From the IMG/VR virus record IMGVR_UViG_3300023202_000179: a stretch of 64,000 bases of DNA; one strand, 5' to 3'. The stretch's first letter is position 1. Each line of letters starts with the position of its first letter. Source of the DNA: an uncultured virus (IMG/VR IMGVR_UViG_3300023202_000179) (taxonomy: Duplodnaviria; Heunggongvirae; Uroviricota; Caudoviricetes). This document shows, one piece after another, positions 48,279 through 59,566 of the stretch. Made by a program: the position numbers and the translations under genes. The notes under the pieces are model-generated. The model made no database searches. It worked only from the letters and a program-made list of their open reading frames with translations, and had not been told where the DNA came from.

Positions 48279-51200
48279 AGCTCTTCTTTGGGTACCACAC
48301 GGAGGCGGGTCTTGGTGAAGCTCCGTTTGCTTTTGATCTCAGGGATGTACACGTCGACTCGGCGATCGTACCTGGTAGGAGTCCCTGTCACTACACCCCT
48401 AGCGATGACGTCTTTGAAGGAGACGTCTTCAAGGATGTCGACGACGGTCTTTTTTCGGAAAGTATTGTCGAGTCTGGGTAACAGAGGTTTCACAGGTTCT
48501 TCTTCCTTTTGTTCGGTGAACCGCTTGTTGCAGAAATCCCAGTGACGGTGCAAGAGAAGAGCGAGATCCTGTGCCAGAGCCGTCCTCAGACCTCGCGCCC
48601 AAAGGAAGTGGTGGGCTTCAGCTCCATGCCCGCGCCAACCAGGAAATTTGGAGCGACGGATCAAGTACATGAGAGGCTGTACGTGATCAAGAGGAATGCG
48701 GTGAAGTTTGGCAAAGGAATGGGCTTCCTCAGCAATCCCCGTCCATTCTCCCGCATCGTGAGAGGCATTCTCTGGCTCGTTGCTCATAGGTTCTTATCCT
48801 TGAACGCTCACTGGTGATTTTCCTTCAGACATTCTTCCACATCCTCAAGCATCTTGATAAGGACTTTGACGGAGTACCCCTCTCCGTCTGTCTCTTCCAG
48901 GTGGCAGATGGCTTCGTTGAGGGCAAAAAACCGTCCACGATCAAAGTCAGATTTGGATTTCTTTTCTCTCACGGACAACCATTTGGCGAGCGGGCTCGAA
49001 AAAAGTTCAGCGAGTTTGGTGCGCCATTCTCTTGCGCGTTGCAGCTCGTTCATAGCCCCAGATACCTCCGTTCTTCCGACTCCCCTCCGAGGGAGTACTC
49101 GTCTTCGAGATCGTCTCCGAAGACGTCAAAAAGGTCGTCTTGCTCGTGCCCTTCAAGGAGCTCTCGAAGTTGCTCCGCGATCTCATCATAGGCATACACC
49201 CTTTCAATGGTATCTGCCAGCGCTGAGAACAGGAGATTCAACTCAGCGTAGGTTGGAGGGAACAGACGGCGGAGCGAGAGACGGAACAGGCAGTCGTGCA
49301 CGAGGAGGCACATCTCGGGTTGGCTCTCTCGGTGTTTGAGGTGGAACAACTTGACCCTCCGCATCAACTCCTCGCTGTCCTGTGGAGGCAGGAGCCTAGG
49401 CTTCATGCGACTCATTTCACAGCTCCGTGGAGGGTCAGCGCTGTTGCGAACATCCTCCGCAAGGTCTTGACGTTGCTCGGGTGCCCAGCCACGACGCGAC
49501 GTCCGCGTTCGAATCCTTCTGTAAGTTTGCTTAGGATTTCCGAGAAGTGGAACGGCTTCAACAGAGAGCTCCATTTCCGCGGGACCAAGATTCGCTGAGG
49601 AGCGTCTCCGTGGATGCGGTTCAACAGCACATTCATGCCCGTGTCCCATCGCCATTCGTCGCGTGGGGAGCAAATGGACAGTGCGATGCCGATGGTCTCG
49701 GGGTAGACTTTGAGTCCAACGATCCCGCAGTGGACAGGCCACCACGCGTCTTTGGGGTCAATCAAGAGGAAGGTGAATAGTTCGGGGTTCATCGTCTTGT
49801 ACTTCTTTCTAGGGCCGAGATGATTTCCGCGCGGTCTGTGAGAGGTGGAAAGGACCGTCCGCTAATCCAGTTCTGGACGTCTTCCAGGGAGATCTCTTTG
49901 TCGACTTCCCGGGCCCGGGTGGAGACCATTCGAGCGGACATGTGAGGACGGTGCATGCTGATGATTTGGAGAAGGAAGAGCCGGAATGTGGTTGTGCTCA
50001 TAGGAGGAGTTGCTGGTGCGGGTGGTCGTTTCGGGGGAGCATGGCGACGACCTTGCGTGACCGCATCGTCGTCCCAGTTTTTCTGAGCGTTATCCTGGCA
50101 CAGGCTCCGAGCTCCACGTACAGATCCGTGTACTCGTGCCAGGGAGGTTCTTTCTTTGCCTTATTCGGTTTCAGCCTGCGGAAGAGTACGTTGTCTAGGT
50201 CGACTTCGAACTGAGCCCCTGAAGCTGTGATGAAGGTGCAGAATCTGATTCTAGTTTCAACGTTAGTCGTTGGCTGAGAGGACATCGGACACCAGTTCTA
50301 GTGCTTCTTCATGTTCTTGAAGTTGTTTCTTGATAGGGCGCAGACTTCGTTCCAGTAGTGCCTCGAAGTTCAGGATCTCTGACTTCATGGTCCGAATCTT
50401 CCGCTGGATCTCTATCAAGACATTCTCTACTTGCTTCGGGTTCATGTCAGTTTTTGCCTTCTTTCACCTCAGCGGACGGAGACAGACCGTACATCGACCT
50501 GCACCGACTTCAAGAGGGACAAGGACATGGCACCGAGGACAGGGACGGCTTTGTTGTGGACGAAGCGATGTATTTTGGATCGGACGCCACTGTATCGACT
50601 CTGCGACAAGCCCTAGGACGGGGACGCAGCCATAGCCTCCGCACGAATCGCATTGCTCCGGCGGGTATCCTTGGGGCTGCTCCCAGTCCCCGGGAGAGCC
50701 GCCGTCGTGCCCGAGACCTCGGCACTCCCGGCACCGGACGTGGTCTGGGAGCACGGGGAGCGGCGTGTGCCAAGGGTTCACGACCGCCTCCACAGATACA
50801 CGTTGGGCAGTACTTGGATGCGCTTGCCGACAGCCGGGCACTCGTCGATGACTACAGGGTGTGAGCAGCAGTAACTCATGAAGGTTGCGGCATCCTCCGC
50901 GGCTTTGTCGGGAGACTTCTTGATGTCGACACCGTTGGCGAGGAGCTTCCCTGCGCGCCCGAGCGCTTGCCACTTCCATCCAGGTCCGACTTTCAGGATT
51001 TTGATTGTTCCGGTGTCCCCGATCCTCATTCGCCCTCACTCTCTTCGAGATCCCATTCATCGATCTCGTCGTCGCCTTCGTCGAGGGGAGGAAGGCTGAG
51101 CAGATCGACTGCCTTGTTGAAGTGACTCAAAGCGGTCTCGATGGACGCTTGAGCCTGAAGTACGTGCATTGCTGCGAAGTTGACATCCTCCACAGGGTAG

Positions 51201-51882
51201 GCGTTCAAGAGAGTTGAACGCGTTTTGTCAGAGACAGGTCCGGGGAGCATTTGATCGAGCTCCCCGAGCAGGTCGTTGATGTGGTCGATGATGTGGTTTG
51301 CGTCCATTTGGGTGCCTTACTATGTTTCTTTGGGAGGGTCAACTTGTTGCCCGAAATCTGTGGGGAGAGGTTCGCCGGGAAGCCAGAACGCTAGAGCTGC
51401 GACCTCCGCGGGAGGCGGCTCCCCGGAAGCATCCTCCCACGTCTCGCCGCAATTCAACTCCAGCTCGACAACATCGGCGAATCCCGAGGCGTGCAGGGCT
51501 TTCACCATGGCCCAGCACCGGGCGCAGTGCTTTATACTCGCCCATCTCCCGTCGAGTACGGAGCTCCAAATATGGTAGTGGTGCCCTTTGGGGATCGTCT
51601 CTAGGCACGCACCGCATTTGTGCTCCTTAGCAGCGGCCCTCCACATACCCATTCCGAACCCTTGCCCATCCTCAGCGTCGATATCGCACATGTCGTTCAC
51701 ATTCCTTGTTCTTCTTTGTTTGCATCTTCTACCAACTCCATGTAGTAGAGCGCGAGCTCAGCCATGTCTTTCGCGATCTTGCGCCAAACGACTGCGGGAT
51801 AGAACTTCTTGGTCGTGACGACGCCGAGCGCACGTTCACGTTCAAGAGCGAGATTGCCGAGGTTTTTTGGGTATTTGTTCAT
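48275..51882 (-). other. Cluster of small minus-strand hypothetical genes (e.g. 48275-48787, 48808-49053, 49412-49792, 49789-50001 HTH-like, 49998-50285, 51026-51307, 51320-51700 Cys-rich, 51697-51882)
   Basis: Tightly overlapping ORFs typical of phage early regions. Confidence 0.55.
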
Positions 51883-51904
51883 CGTGTCTGCTCCTTACAC
51901 CAGT

Positions 51905-52651
51905 CTAGTCTCTCGGGGTGAGACGATCGGCGACGCACCACAGAGCCATCTCCGGGGACATCTCCGCACACAAGTCGAGTCTCTCCGGGGTGAGATGATC
52001 AGCGGCGCGCCGCAGAGCCACCCACGGGAGCCTCTCCGCACACCGATCGAGTCTCTCCGGGGTGAGATGATCGGAGGCGTACTGCAGAGCCGCCCACGGG
52101 AACCTCTCCGCACACCAATCGAGTCTCTCCGGGGTGAGACGATCGGGGGCGTACTGCAGAGCCACCCACGGGAACCTCTCCGCACACCGATCGAGTCTCT
52201 CCGGGGTGAGACGATCGGCAGCGAACCTCAGCGCCGCCCACGGGATCCTCTCCGCACACCGATCGAGTCTCTCCGGGGTGAGACGATCAGCGGCGCGCCG
52301 CAGCGCCGCCCCCGGCTGCTTCTGCGCACACCAGTCAAGTCTCTCCGGGGTGAGACGATCGGCGACGCACTGCAGAGCGACCCCCGGCTCCTTCTGCGCA
52401 CACCAGTCAAGTCTCTCCGGGGTGAGACGATCGACTACGTGCTTCAGCGCCGCCCACGGGAGCCTCTCCGCACACCAATCGAGTCTCTCCGGGGTGAGGT
52501 GGTCGGTGGCGTGCTCCAGAGGCCAGTCGGCGTACTCCTCGATCACCTCTTCCCACGTCCGGGGAGCTTCTTCCAGCCATTCGAGAGCGTCTTCGCAGGC
52601 TCCCCTCTTCCGAGCGGTTTCGATCTCTTCGGGTGTGATGTAGTCGTTCAT
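51905..52651 (-). CDS. 24-aa tandem-repeat protein A (8 full repeats)
   Basis: GGAGG RBS; MNDYITPEEIETARKRGACEDALEW + (LTPERLD[W/R]CA...P..AL..A.D[R/H])n; 72-bp DNA repeats. Confidence 0.85.
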   Translation of the reverse strand: MNDYITPEEIETARKRGACEDALEWLEEAPRTWEEVIEEYADWPLEHATDHLTPERLDWCAERLPWAALKHVVDRLTPERLDWCAQKEPGVALQCVADRLTPERLDWCAQKQPGAALRRAADRLTPERLDRCAERIPWAALRFAADRLTPERLDRCAERFPWVALQYAPDRLTPERLDWCAERFPWAALQYASDHLTPERLDRCAERLPWVALRRAADHLTPERLDLCAEMSPEMALWCVADRLTPRD

Positions 52652-52897
52652 CTGTCCTCCTTTATACGAGCTCACGTCGATCTGGTTGCTGTCTTCCATG
52701 CCCCAATAAACGCATCTTCGGTGCGTGTATTCAACCAAAAAGCCACCAGCTGGCAAGAAAACACGTAACTAGTTGAAATCATTGGATTTTTACCTAAATC
52801 GACCTACATCTCAGTGCTGGACGTCTACATAAGGCTCATTTAGTAGACTTTCCCTCTTGACCTCGACCGAGGGCTGTGCCAGGGTGCGGAGGTCCCA

Positions 52898-53455
52898 ATG
52901 AGCAGTTACATCACACCCGAAGAGATCGAAACCGCCCGGAAGAGGGGAGCCTGCGAAGATGCTCTCGAATGGCTGGAAGAGGGTCCCCGAACGTGGGAGG
53001 AGGTGATCAATAAGTACGCCTACTGGCTTCTGGCGCACGTCGCATATCACCTCACCCCGGAGAGACTCGATCGGTGTGCGGAGAGGTTCCCGTGGGTGGC
53101 TCTGGGGCACGCTGCCGATCGTCTCACCCCGGAGAGATTCGACTGGTGTGCGGAGAGGTCCCCGTGGGCGGCTCTGCGGTACGCCGCTGATCGTCTCACC
53201 CCGGAGAGACTTGACTGGTGTGCGCAGAAGGAGCCGGGGGCCGCTCTGCGGCGCGCCGCTGATCGTCTCACCCCGGAGAGACTTGACTGGTGTGCGCAGA
53301 AGGAGCCGGGGGCCGCTCTGCGGCGCGCCGCTGATCATCTCACCCCGGAGAGACTTGACTGGTGTGCGGAGAGGATCCCGTGGGTGGCTCTGCAGTACGC
53401 CTCCGATCGTCTCACCCCGGAGAGATTCCAATGGTGCCAGGAACAAACACGATGA
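52898..53455 (+). CDS. 24-aa tandem-repeat protein B (5 full repeats)
   Basis: Same N-cap and repeat; TTGACC-17-CAGGGT promoter-like site at 52857 and GGAGG RBS. Confidence 0.85.
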   Translation: MSSYITPEEIETARKRGACEDALEWLEEGPRTWEEVINKYAYWLLAHVAYHLTPERLDRCAERFPWVALGHAADRLTPERFDWCAERSPWAALRYAADRLTPERLDWCAQKEPGAALRRAADRLTPERLDWCAQKEPGAALRRAADHLTPERLDWCAERIPWVALQYASDRLTPERFQWCQEQTR

Positions 53456-53742
53456 ACGACTACATCACACCCGAAAAGATCGAGACCGCCCGGAAGAGGG
53501 GAGCCTGCGAAGATGCTCTCGCATGGCTGGAAGAAGCTCCCCGGACGTGGGAAGAGGTGATCGAGGGGTACGCCGACTGGCTTCTGGTGCACGCCACCGA
53601 CCACCTCACCCCGGAGAGACTCGATCGGTGTGCGGAGAGGTTCCCGTGGGTGGCTCTGCAGTGCGCCTCCGATCATCTCACCCCGGAGAGACTCGATCGG
53701 TGTGCGGAGAGACTAGGTTTGGTGTGGAAGCAGACACGATGA
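53452..53742 (+). CDS. 24-aa tandem-repeat protein C (1-2 repeats)
   Basis: ATGA overlap; same N-cap and repeat. Confidence 0.8.
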   Translation: MNDYITPEKIETARKRGACEDALAWLEEAPRTWEEVIEGYADWLLVHATDHLTPERLDRCAERFPWVALQCASDHLTPERLDRCAERLGLVWKQTR

Positions 53743-54021
53743 ACCAACAGAAGAAGACAAGGACAAAACCAACATGCAACAACAACGACATTTGAGGATC
53801 GCCGAACCGTACCCCCGGCTCGATACCCTGAAAACCCTCCTCATCTGCATCGCAGACAAGGACTATGAGATCCCGATCCGAGGGTGTACAGGTCTTTTGC
53901 GCAAGGCCGAAAAGATGGGGCTCGTCCGTCGGGAGAAACCGGTGTGCGCGAACGGGAACGAGCGCAGGAACCCGGTGACTCTCACGAATCTGGGAGCATC
54001 CGTTATCTACAAGAAGGGGGA

Positions 54022-54621
54022 ATGAAGATGAAAGACAAAGAAATGCCGAAGGTGGGAGAGGTTTGGAGAAACACGATCATGGGGGTCGGGGAGCCCGTCA
54101 CGGTCACAGCTTTTGGTCTCGATTACAAATGGAACCGCTCACCCGACAGGGTCCAGTTCAGAGACGCGAACGGCTACCTTGATTCGACCCCTCTGAACGT
54201 CTTTATGGAGGAATATGAGAAGTACAGTGACGTGCCTGAAAAGGAAACGGGGGATCTCCCCGAAGAGATGTCCTGCGAAGAGTATCGAAAGCGGGTCCTC
54301 GAACTCGACCGCGGAGGACCGTCCCAGTTCGAGCACGCTGTTGTGGGTCTCTGCTCTGAGGCCGGGGAGATCGCCGACCTATTGAAGAAAAGCTACACGC
54401 AGAAGGAGGGGGTGGATGGCATCGACGCATGCGATGCTCTCTCAGAGGGAGGGGATGCCCTATACTATCTCGACTTGTACCTCGCATCGAAAGGATGGAC
54501 GATGGAGCAGGCCCGGCGGACGAATATCGCCAAACTCCAGCGCCGACGGATGGTTGGCAACGACCCGGAAGCCGAGCGAAAGATCTTCTTGGATGAGTTC
54601 AAGAAGAGAGGGTGCCGATGA
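54022..54621 (+). CDS. MazG-like nucleotide pyrophosphohydrolase
   Basis: GLCSEAGEIADLLKK, EGGDALYYL, NIAKLQRR. Confidence 0.8.
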   Translation: MKMKDKEMPKVGEVWRNTIMGVGEPVTVTAFGLDYKWNRSPDRVQFRDANGYLDSTPLNVFMEEYEKYSDVPEKETGDLPEEMSCEEYRKRVLELDRGGPSQFEHAVVGLCSEAGEIADLLKKSYTQKEGVDGIDACDALSEGGDALYYLDLYLASKGWTMEQARRTNIAKLQRRRMVGNDPEAERKIFLDEFKKRGCR

Positions 54622-54793
54622 TTTACCATAGATTCGAGGGAGAGGCTCAAGCCTTCGGACGCAATCTTGATATCGAGTACGACGGGGACTCGCTGATCGT
54701 TCAAGGCATCAGCATCGAGGAGGCGTACCGAATCATCCGGGGGCTAGAGAACAAACCAACGATCACAGTGCTGAAACGAGAGGATGAAAGCGA

Positions 54794-55378
54794 ATGAGCA
54801 AAGAGAACTACTTCTTTTGGGTGGACTTGGAGACGACAGGGCTCGACCCCAGACGGTGCGATGTCCTGGAACTCGCAGCGGTGATCACAGACTTCGATCT
54901 CAAAAAACTCGGGACCTATGAACGGGTGTACTACCACGACAAAAACGAGCTTCGTGGGGTTGAAAGCGGTTCCATTTCCAAACACGTGCTAGATATGCAC
55001 ACCGAGAACGGTTTGTGGGACGATTGCGCCGCCGCCCCCACAGGCCCCTGCTGGCGGAGGGACAGGCAGTCGGAGATCATTGATTTCATTCACATCCACT
55101 GCGGAGACGTGAAACCTGTTCCTGCTGGTAGCAGCATCCACTTCGATATGGGGTTCATCCAGGAGAACATGAAAGCGTTGTGTGGACATCTTCACTATCG
55201 CCGGTTCGACTGCCGAACCCTACAGACAGCGCTGGAGGGGTGGGGAGGGTGTCCGAAGTTCCCGAAGAAGGGCGCACACCGGGCGATGCCTGACATCCTT
55301 GAGACCCTCGACTATGCGAGGAAGATCAAGAAGATCCTTGGGGGGATGGACCGCAGTCGGTTCGGGAGCTTCCAGTGA
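54794..55378 (+). CDS. orn: Oligoribonuclease (DEDDh)
   Basis: WVDLETTGLDP, MHTENGL, GSSIHFD, LHYR..D, HRAMPDI. Confidence 0.88.
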   Translation: MSKENYFFWVDLETTGLDPRRCDVLELAAVITDFDLKKLGTYERVYYHDKNELRGVESGSISKHVLDMHTENGLWDDCAAAPTGPCWRRDRQSEIIDFIHIHCGDVKPVPAGSSIHFDMGFIQENMKALCGHLHYRRFDCRTLQTALEGWGGCPKFPKKGAHRAMPDILETLDYARKIKKILGGMDRSRFGSFQ

Positions 55379-56081
55379 AGCACAACAACGACCTGATTCA
55401 GTCCCTCGAATGTGCGCAGAGAGCTACATTCCATGTGTTGAGGTCCCTGGTCTGTGACTCCCGAGGGGATAAGACAGGACTGAGAATGTGCCACGCGATC
55501 TCGGCGAAAAACTACTTTGAAGATGGATTGACGTTCCTGAAACGGTGGATCGCACAAAAAGAAGAAAAGGCGGAGCCATGAAAATCAAGTCCAAGTGTCC
55601 TCACTGTAAGGGCAAGAAATCCTTCAAGACCCGGAGGCAGCACCCCCGCGGTGCGGGACACACTGTTCCTTGTTCCAAGTGCGGAGGGTTGGGGCACGTA
55701 TGGGTCGAAGGCGGCGAAGACGGCGAATGACCCTGAAAGAGTCCATCGGCGTTACCCTGGTGATCGTCTTCGGACTGTGTCTGTGGGCTCTTGTCGCCCT
55801 GGTCGTGGCGTTCTCCGTGTTCTGGATGACAGGTCAACCATGAAAAGCATCGATACCTTTGACGTGGCGCGGGATGAGAACAAGAAGTAACTGGAAGAAA
55901 AGTGTATGAGCAAACACCGAGAAATTGCCAAGAAATGGCTCCCACACCTGACGGCTGCAGACTTAATTGGGGAGCTCCAGAAGAGGGGGCATCCTGGGTA
56001 TGACGTACAAGTCCGTGAAGAAGAATCCTTACGCGATCCCATGCTCATCGGCCCGGACGTAGCACGGGACGAGACCAAGAA

Positions 56082-57062
56082 GTGACGACTCGTCTGAAAC
56101 GACGAGAATCGGTCTCCGCTCTCGTAGAATCGTCAACGCAGGACGACATTGATACGTTCATGCTCGTCCTGCGGAACTGGCTGGCACCGCTGACCGATTC
56201 ATCGCAGGCGGCGTACCATGCCTGCTTGATTGACTTCGCCCGTTTTTGGGGCTCAGACGAAACCCGTTCGGTGTTTGAGTGGGTCTGGCTTCCTGCGAAG
56301 GAGTCATACAAAGAACTGCTCGCGTACAAGGTGAACCTCAGCGAGCGGAAACTCTCTGCCCCCACGATCAACCAACGATTATCCTGCCTCATGTCGGTTT
56401 CAAAGGCGGCTTCCAAGGTCTTTGGGCATAACCCGGTCTCGATCGAGCTCCTCCACGTCCCTGAAAAGGAGGCGAGAGTCGTCAGCAACGCTCAGTGGCA
56501 CGCTGTTGTCCGTCACCTACGACAGGAGCGTGACAGGGCGACCCCGGGGACCAGAGGCGAGATGCTGGCAGTGCGGATGCTGGCGATCGTCAGACTTTTG
56601 CGGGACGTTGGACTTCGGCGAAAAGAGGTGGTAGGTCTGGACTACTCGGATGTGGTCTATGCCGACAAGGTGCTGGTGATTCAGCCTAAAGGCCCCAAAG
56701 AAGTACGCAAGCGGCACCCTTGCGACGGTCGAGCTTGGGAGTGTCTTGTCGAGTGGATGGAGCTCCGAGGAGATGAGCCTGGACCGCTATTTGGGTTCAC
56801 ACACCTGTCCAACTTGAACAAGCTCGTCGGTCGGCTGGGGTCCGCCCTAGGCTTCGAACTCACCCCCCACATGTTTCGGCACAACGCTACATCTGCCGTC
56901 GAGATGATCGCTGATCGGGATATGGCGCAGACCTTCGCTAGACACGCCAGCCCCGTCACCACTGCAAAATACCTGCACAACAAACACGAAGAAGCGTTGC
57001 GAGAGATTCAGAGGAGCTTAGGAGAAGATGAAGAAGAAGACATCGGATCTGAAGAAGGGTGA
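56082..57062 (+). CDS. Tyrosine recombinase / integrase
   Basis: GLRRKEVVGLD, PKG, TPHMFRH, HAS..TTAKY (R-K-H-R-H-Y). Confidence 0.9.
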   Translation: MTTRLKRRESVSALVESSTQDDIDTFMLVLRNWLAPLTDSSQAAYHACLIDFARFWGSDETRSVFEWVWLPAKESYKELLAYKVNLSERKLSAPTINQRLSCLMSVSKAASKVFGHNPVSIELLHVPEKEARVVSNAQWHAVVRHLRQERDRATPGTRGEMLAVRMLAIVRLLRDVGLRRKEVVGLDYSDVVYADKVLVIQPKGPKEVRKRHPCDGRAWECLVEWMELRGDEPGPLFGFTHLSNLNKLVGRLGSALGFELTPHMFRHNATSAVEMIADRDMAQTFARHASPVTTAKYLHNKHEEALREIQRSLGEDEEEDIGSEEG

Positions 57063-57296
57063 TCTCATTTACATTTACGAAGAGTGGAGGGAGGTGTGGA
57101 GTGTCGAACGGGACGGCGACTTGTATGCGGTCGACTTGATGGGTGCTCCACATACAACCGCGATCACCCACAAAGACATGCAGTGGAGGGTGCGCGAGAT
57201 AGTACGTAAGTGGACGACCACCATCTACAGCGATGGCTTCATGTGGATCGGGGATGTGAAGCGCCGTAGGCTGAAGATCGAGAGCGAAGACGAGGG

Positions 57297-57629
57297 ATGA
57301 TGCGGGTGGGGACCGACAAGTTCCGGGAGTGGTGCCGCAGGCTGCGCCAGCTTTTCCCTTTGGATCGCCCGGTCCGAATCCGCCGCCTGAAGTTATCGGA
57401 CAAGACCATGACCCGTTTCGGGGTAGCTTGGTCGGCGATCGCCGACGACGGGTACGATATCGTGATCCACAAAGGGTTGGATTGGTGCTCGGTCTCTGAC
57501 TGCCTGATGCACGAGTGGTGTCACCTCCGTCGGCATGAGGACAGCGATGGCGCTGCGGGGCACCTCCATGATGACGAGTTCTGGACCGAGTTCGGAAAGA
57601 TTTACAGGACATTCCACAAGGAGAAGTGA
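57297..57629 (+). CDS. SprT-like HExxH metalloprotein
   Basis: LMHEWCH...H...FW. Confidence 0.6.
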   Translation: MMRVGTDKFREWCRRLRQLFPLDRPVRIRRLKLSDKTMTRFGVAWSAIADDGYDIVIHKGLDWCSVSDCLMHEWCHLRRHEDSDGAAGHLHDDEFWTEFGKIYRTFHKEK

Positions 57630-58033
57630 TGAGCGATATCAAACGTAAACCGACTTTCAGCAACGACCTTGGCGATGACACGGTCGACCTCAGGATCCCC
57701 ACCCATAGGCGGTGCTACATCATCGTCGAACCAGACCCGCTTCCAGACAAAGCGGGAAGCTTGTTCATCCCTGAGAAGCACCAAGAGCAACGCGAGCACC
57801 GCTGCTTGTTGGGGACAGTGCGGCAAGTGCCCGAGGGACACTACAACGAACGCGGACGGTTGATCCGTCCCGACGTCGCGCCGGGGGACCGGGTCGTCTA
57901 CGATCGCAACTCTGGGGCCGAGGGTGACCCCCTCGGGTACTACGGGGTGGCGTTGATTCCAGAGGAAGCGATTCTCCTCAAAGAGCCGCGAGACGATAGA
58001 GATCAAGACGGAGAAGTGGAGAAGATCGGATGA
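57626..58033 (+). CDS. groES: GroES-like co-chaperonin
   Basis: IIVE..AGSLFIPE..GTV..V.EG..N..G....DVAPGDRVVY...LIPEEAIL. Confidence 0.8.
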   Translation: MMSDIKRKPTFSNDLGDDTVDLRIPTHRRCYIIVEPDPLPDKAGSLFIPEKHQEQREHRCLLGTVRQVPEGHYNERGRLIRPDVAPGDRVVYDRNSGAEGDPLGYYGVALIPEEAILLKEPRDDRDQDGEVEKIG

Positions 58034-58368
58034 AGATGCGAAAGAAGGACAAAGAAATTTGGGTCAAAGCGTTGCGCTCTGGAGAGTACAAGCAAGGGAG
58101 GAAGAAACTGTACAACGAGAAGACCGATTCATATTGCTGTCTCGGAGTGTGCTACGACGTCCTGTGTGACGGGGACTGGGTGCGCGTCGAGGAAGGCCAC
58201 TGGGGCGTCCCTGGCTACGAAGACGGAATCAATTGTGGCTCCCTCGATGGATACACGTTCCGCCCGAGAGGACTATCCCTTGACAGTATTACAGGCCTCA
58301 TAATGCTGAACGACATCGCGTGTAAAACCTTCGGCCAAATCGCCGACTATATCGAGGAAAAACTATGA
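58030..58368 (+). CDS. Conserved phage hypothetical protein
   Basis: WVKALRSGEYKQG, YCCLGV, LND..TF.QIADYIE. Confidence 0.65.
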   Translation: MKMRKKDKEIWVKALRSGEYKQGRKKLYNEKTDSYCCLGVCYDVLCDGDWVRVEEGHWGVPGYEDGINCGSLDGYTFRPRGLSLDSITGLIMLNDIACKTFGQIADYIEEKL

Positions 58369-58733
58369 ACAAGATCGATCCCCTCAAAGACAGTGTGCAA
58401 GACCTGAAACCTCGGGGGAAGAAAGTCCCCATGTCTCTCCTCCCGTACCGTCCGCTGCGAGCCATCGTTGCAGCCTTTCACGACGGGGCGACCAAGTACG
58501 CCAAGGACAACTGGCGGAACCAGGGGGGGACTGACGATTGGCGGGAGACGTACACGGACGCCTTGCAGCGGCACGTGAACGCGTTTGCCGATCCAGACTA
58601 TCCAGATGTGGCAGACGATTCAGGTGTCCACCACCTCGCGCACGCAGGGGCGTGCGCCATTATCCTTCTCTACCACCTGGGGGCCGACTACGTCATCCCC
58701 AACAGCCTCAAGAAGAAAGAGCAGAACCAATGA
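58365..58733 (+). CDS. dATP/dGTP diphosphohydrolase-domain protein (DUF5664-like)
   Basis: GATKY..DNW, Y.DALQRH, DSGVHHLAHA. Confidence 0.8.
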   Translation: MNKIDPLKDSVQDLKPRGKKVPMSLLPYRPLRAIVAAFHDGATKYAKDNWRNQGGTDDWRETYTDALQRHVNAFADPDYPDVADDSGVHHLAHAGACAIILLYHLGADYVIPNSLKKKEQNQ

Positions 58734-59299
58734 GGTGCATCTACTTGGACATGGACGGGGTCATCGTGGACTTCGTTGGAGCAGCGCTGAGTCTCTACAA
58801 GGTTCCGCGAGAATCCCGCAAGTACGTCAAAGGGTGGGACGGGATCCCCGGGGTCGTCAGCGAGCACCACGGTGTCGAACTTGAAGACTCTCAGATGTGG
58901 GAGGACATCGCAGAGGCGGGTTCTGCCTTCTGGCGGGACATCGAGTGGATGCCGTGGGGGAGGGAGTTGTACGAGATGTGCTGCTCGACAGCTCCGACGG
59001 TGTTGATGACCACCCCGACGGGAGCTCCGAGCGCGGCCGGGAAGATGCAGTGGGTCGAAGACCATATCGGTCCGACCGGAGGCAAGGACAAGATCCGCCT
59101 CTCGATGACCAACTGCAAACACCACTTCGCACGGGACACATCGGTGTTGATTGACGACAATACGATTAACTGTAAGATGTTCCAGGAGTACGGCGGGCAC
59201 GCAATGCTGTTCCCGGCTCCCTGGAACGCTCACGGGATCGTACCCAGCCATTCGTTCGCGTTGAACTACGTCAAAGAGTTTCTGGAGGAGTGGAAATGA
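58730..59299 (+). CDS. HAD 5'(3')-deoxyribonucleotidase-like
   Basis: IYLDMDGVIVDF, FW, K.W, VLIDD. Confidence 0.8.
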   Translation: MRCIYLDMDGVIVDFVGAALSLYKVPRESRKYVKGWDGIPGVVSEHHGVELEDSQMWEDIAEAGSAFWRDIEWMPWGRELYEMCCSTAPTVLMTTPTGAPSAAGKMQWVEDHIGPTGGKDKIRLSMTNCKHHFARDTSVLIDDNTINCKMFQEYGGHAMLFPAPWNAHGIVPSHSFALNYVKEFLEEWK

Positions 59300-59386
59300 G
59301 AGAAAGCATTCAGGAAGTGATCATGGTCGTGGCTTTCCTCTTTCTCGTAACCTCCGTCACGATTGCAGGGATCATCAGTAGGTGAG

Positions 59387-59563
59387 AAGTCGACCCGGAG
59401 ACTCAAAACCCGGGAGTTTTCCTCGGCGCTGCGCAACGCTGCGCATCGCTCCGCTGCGCACCGCACCGCTACGCTACGCAACGAAAGTCGACCCGGAGAC
59501 TCAAAACCCGGGAGTTTTCCTCGCTGAACCTAACCAAACAACGCAAAGCAGGACAAAGGAAAG
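59387..59563 (+). repeat. Two identical 39-bp structured repeats bracketing an 11-unit CGC-NN pentamer array, then a degenerate pentamer run
   Basis: AAGTCGACCCGGAGACTCAAAACCCGGGAGTTTTCCTCG at 59387 and 59485; CGCNN x11 at 59427-59481. Confidence 0.9.
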
Positions 59564-59566
59564 AAG

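Noticed and set aside
51809..53795. 72-bp repeats as a CRISPR array, or the antisense/alternate-frame repeat ORFs
   Set aside because: The repeats are contiguous, in-frame and coding, with RBS-supported starts and no unique spacers; the other frames are shadows.
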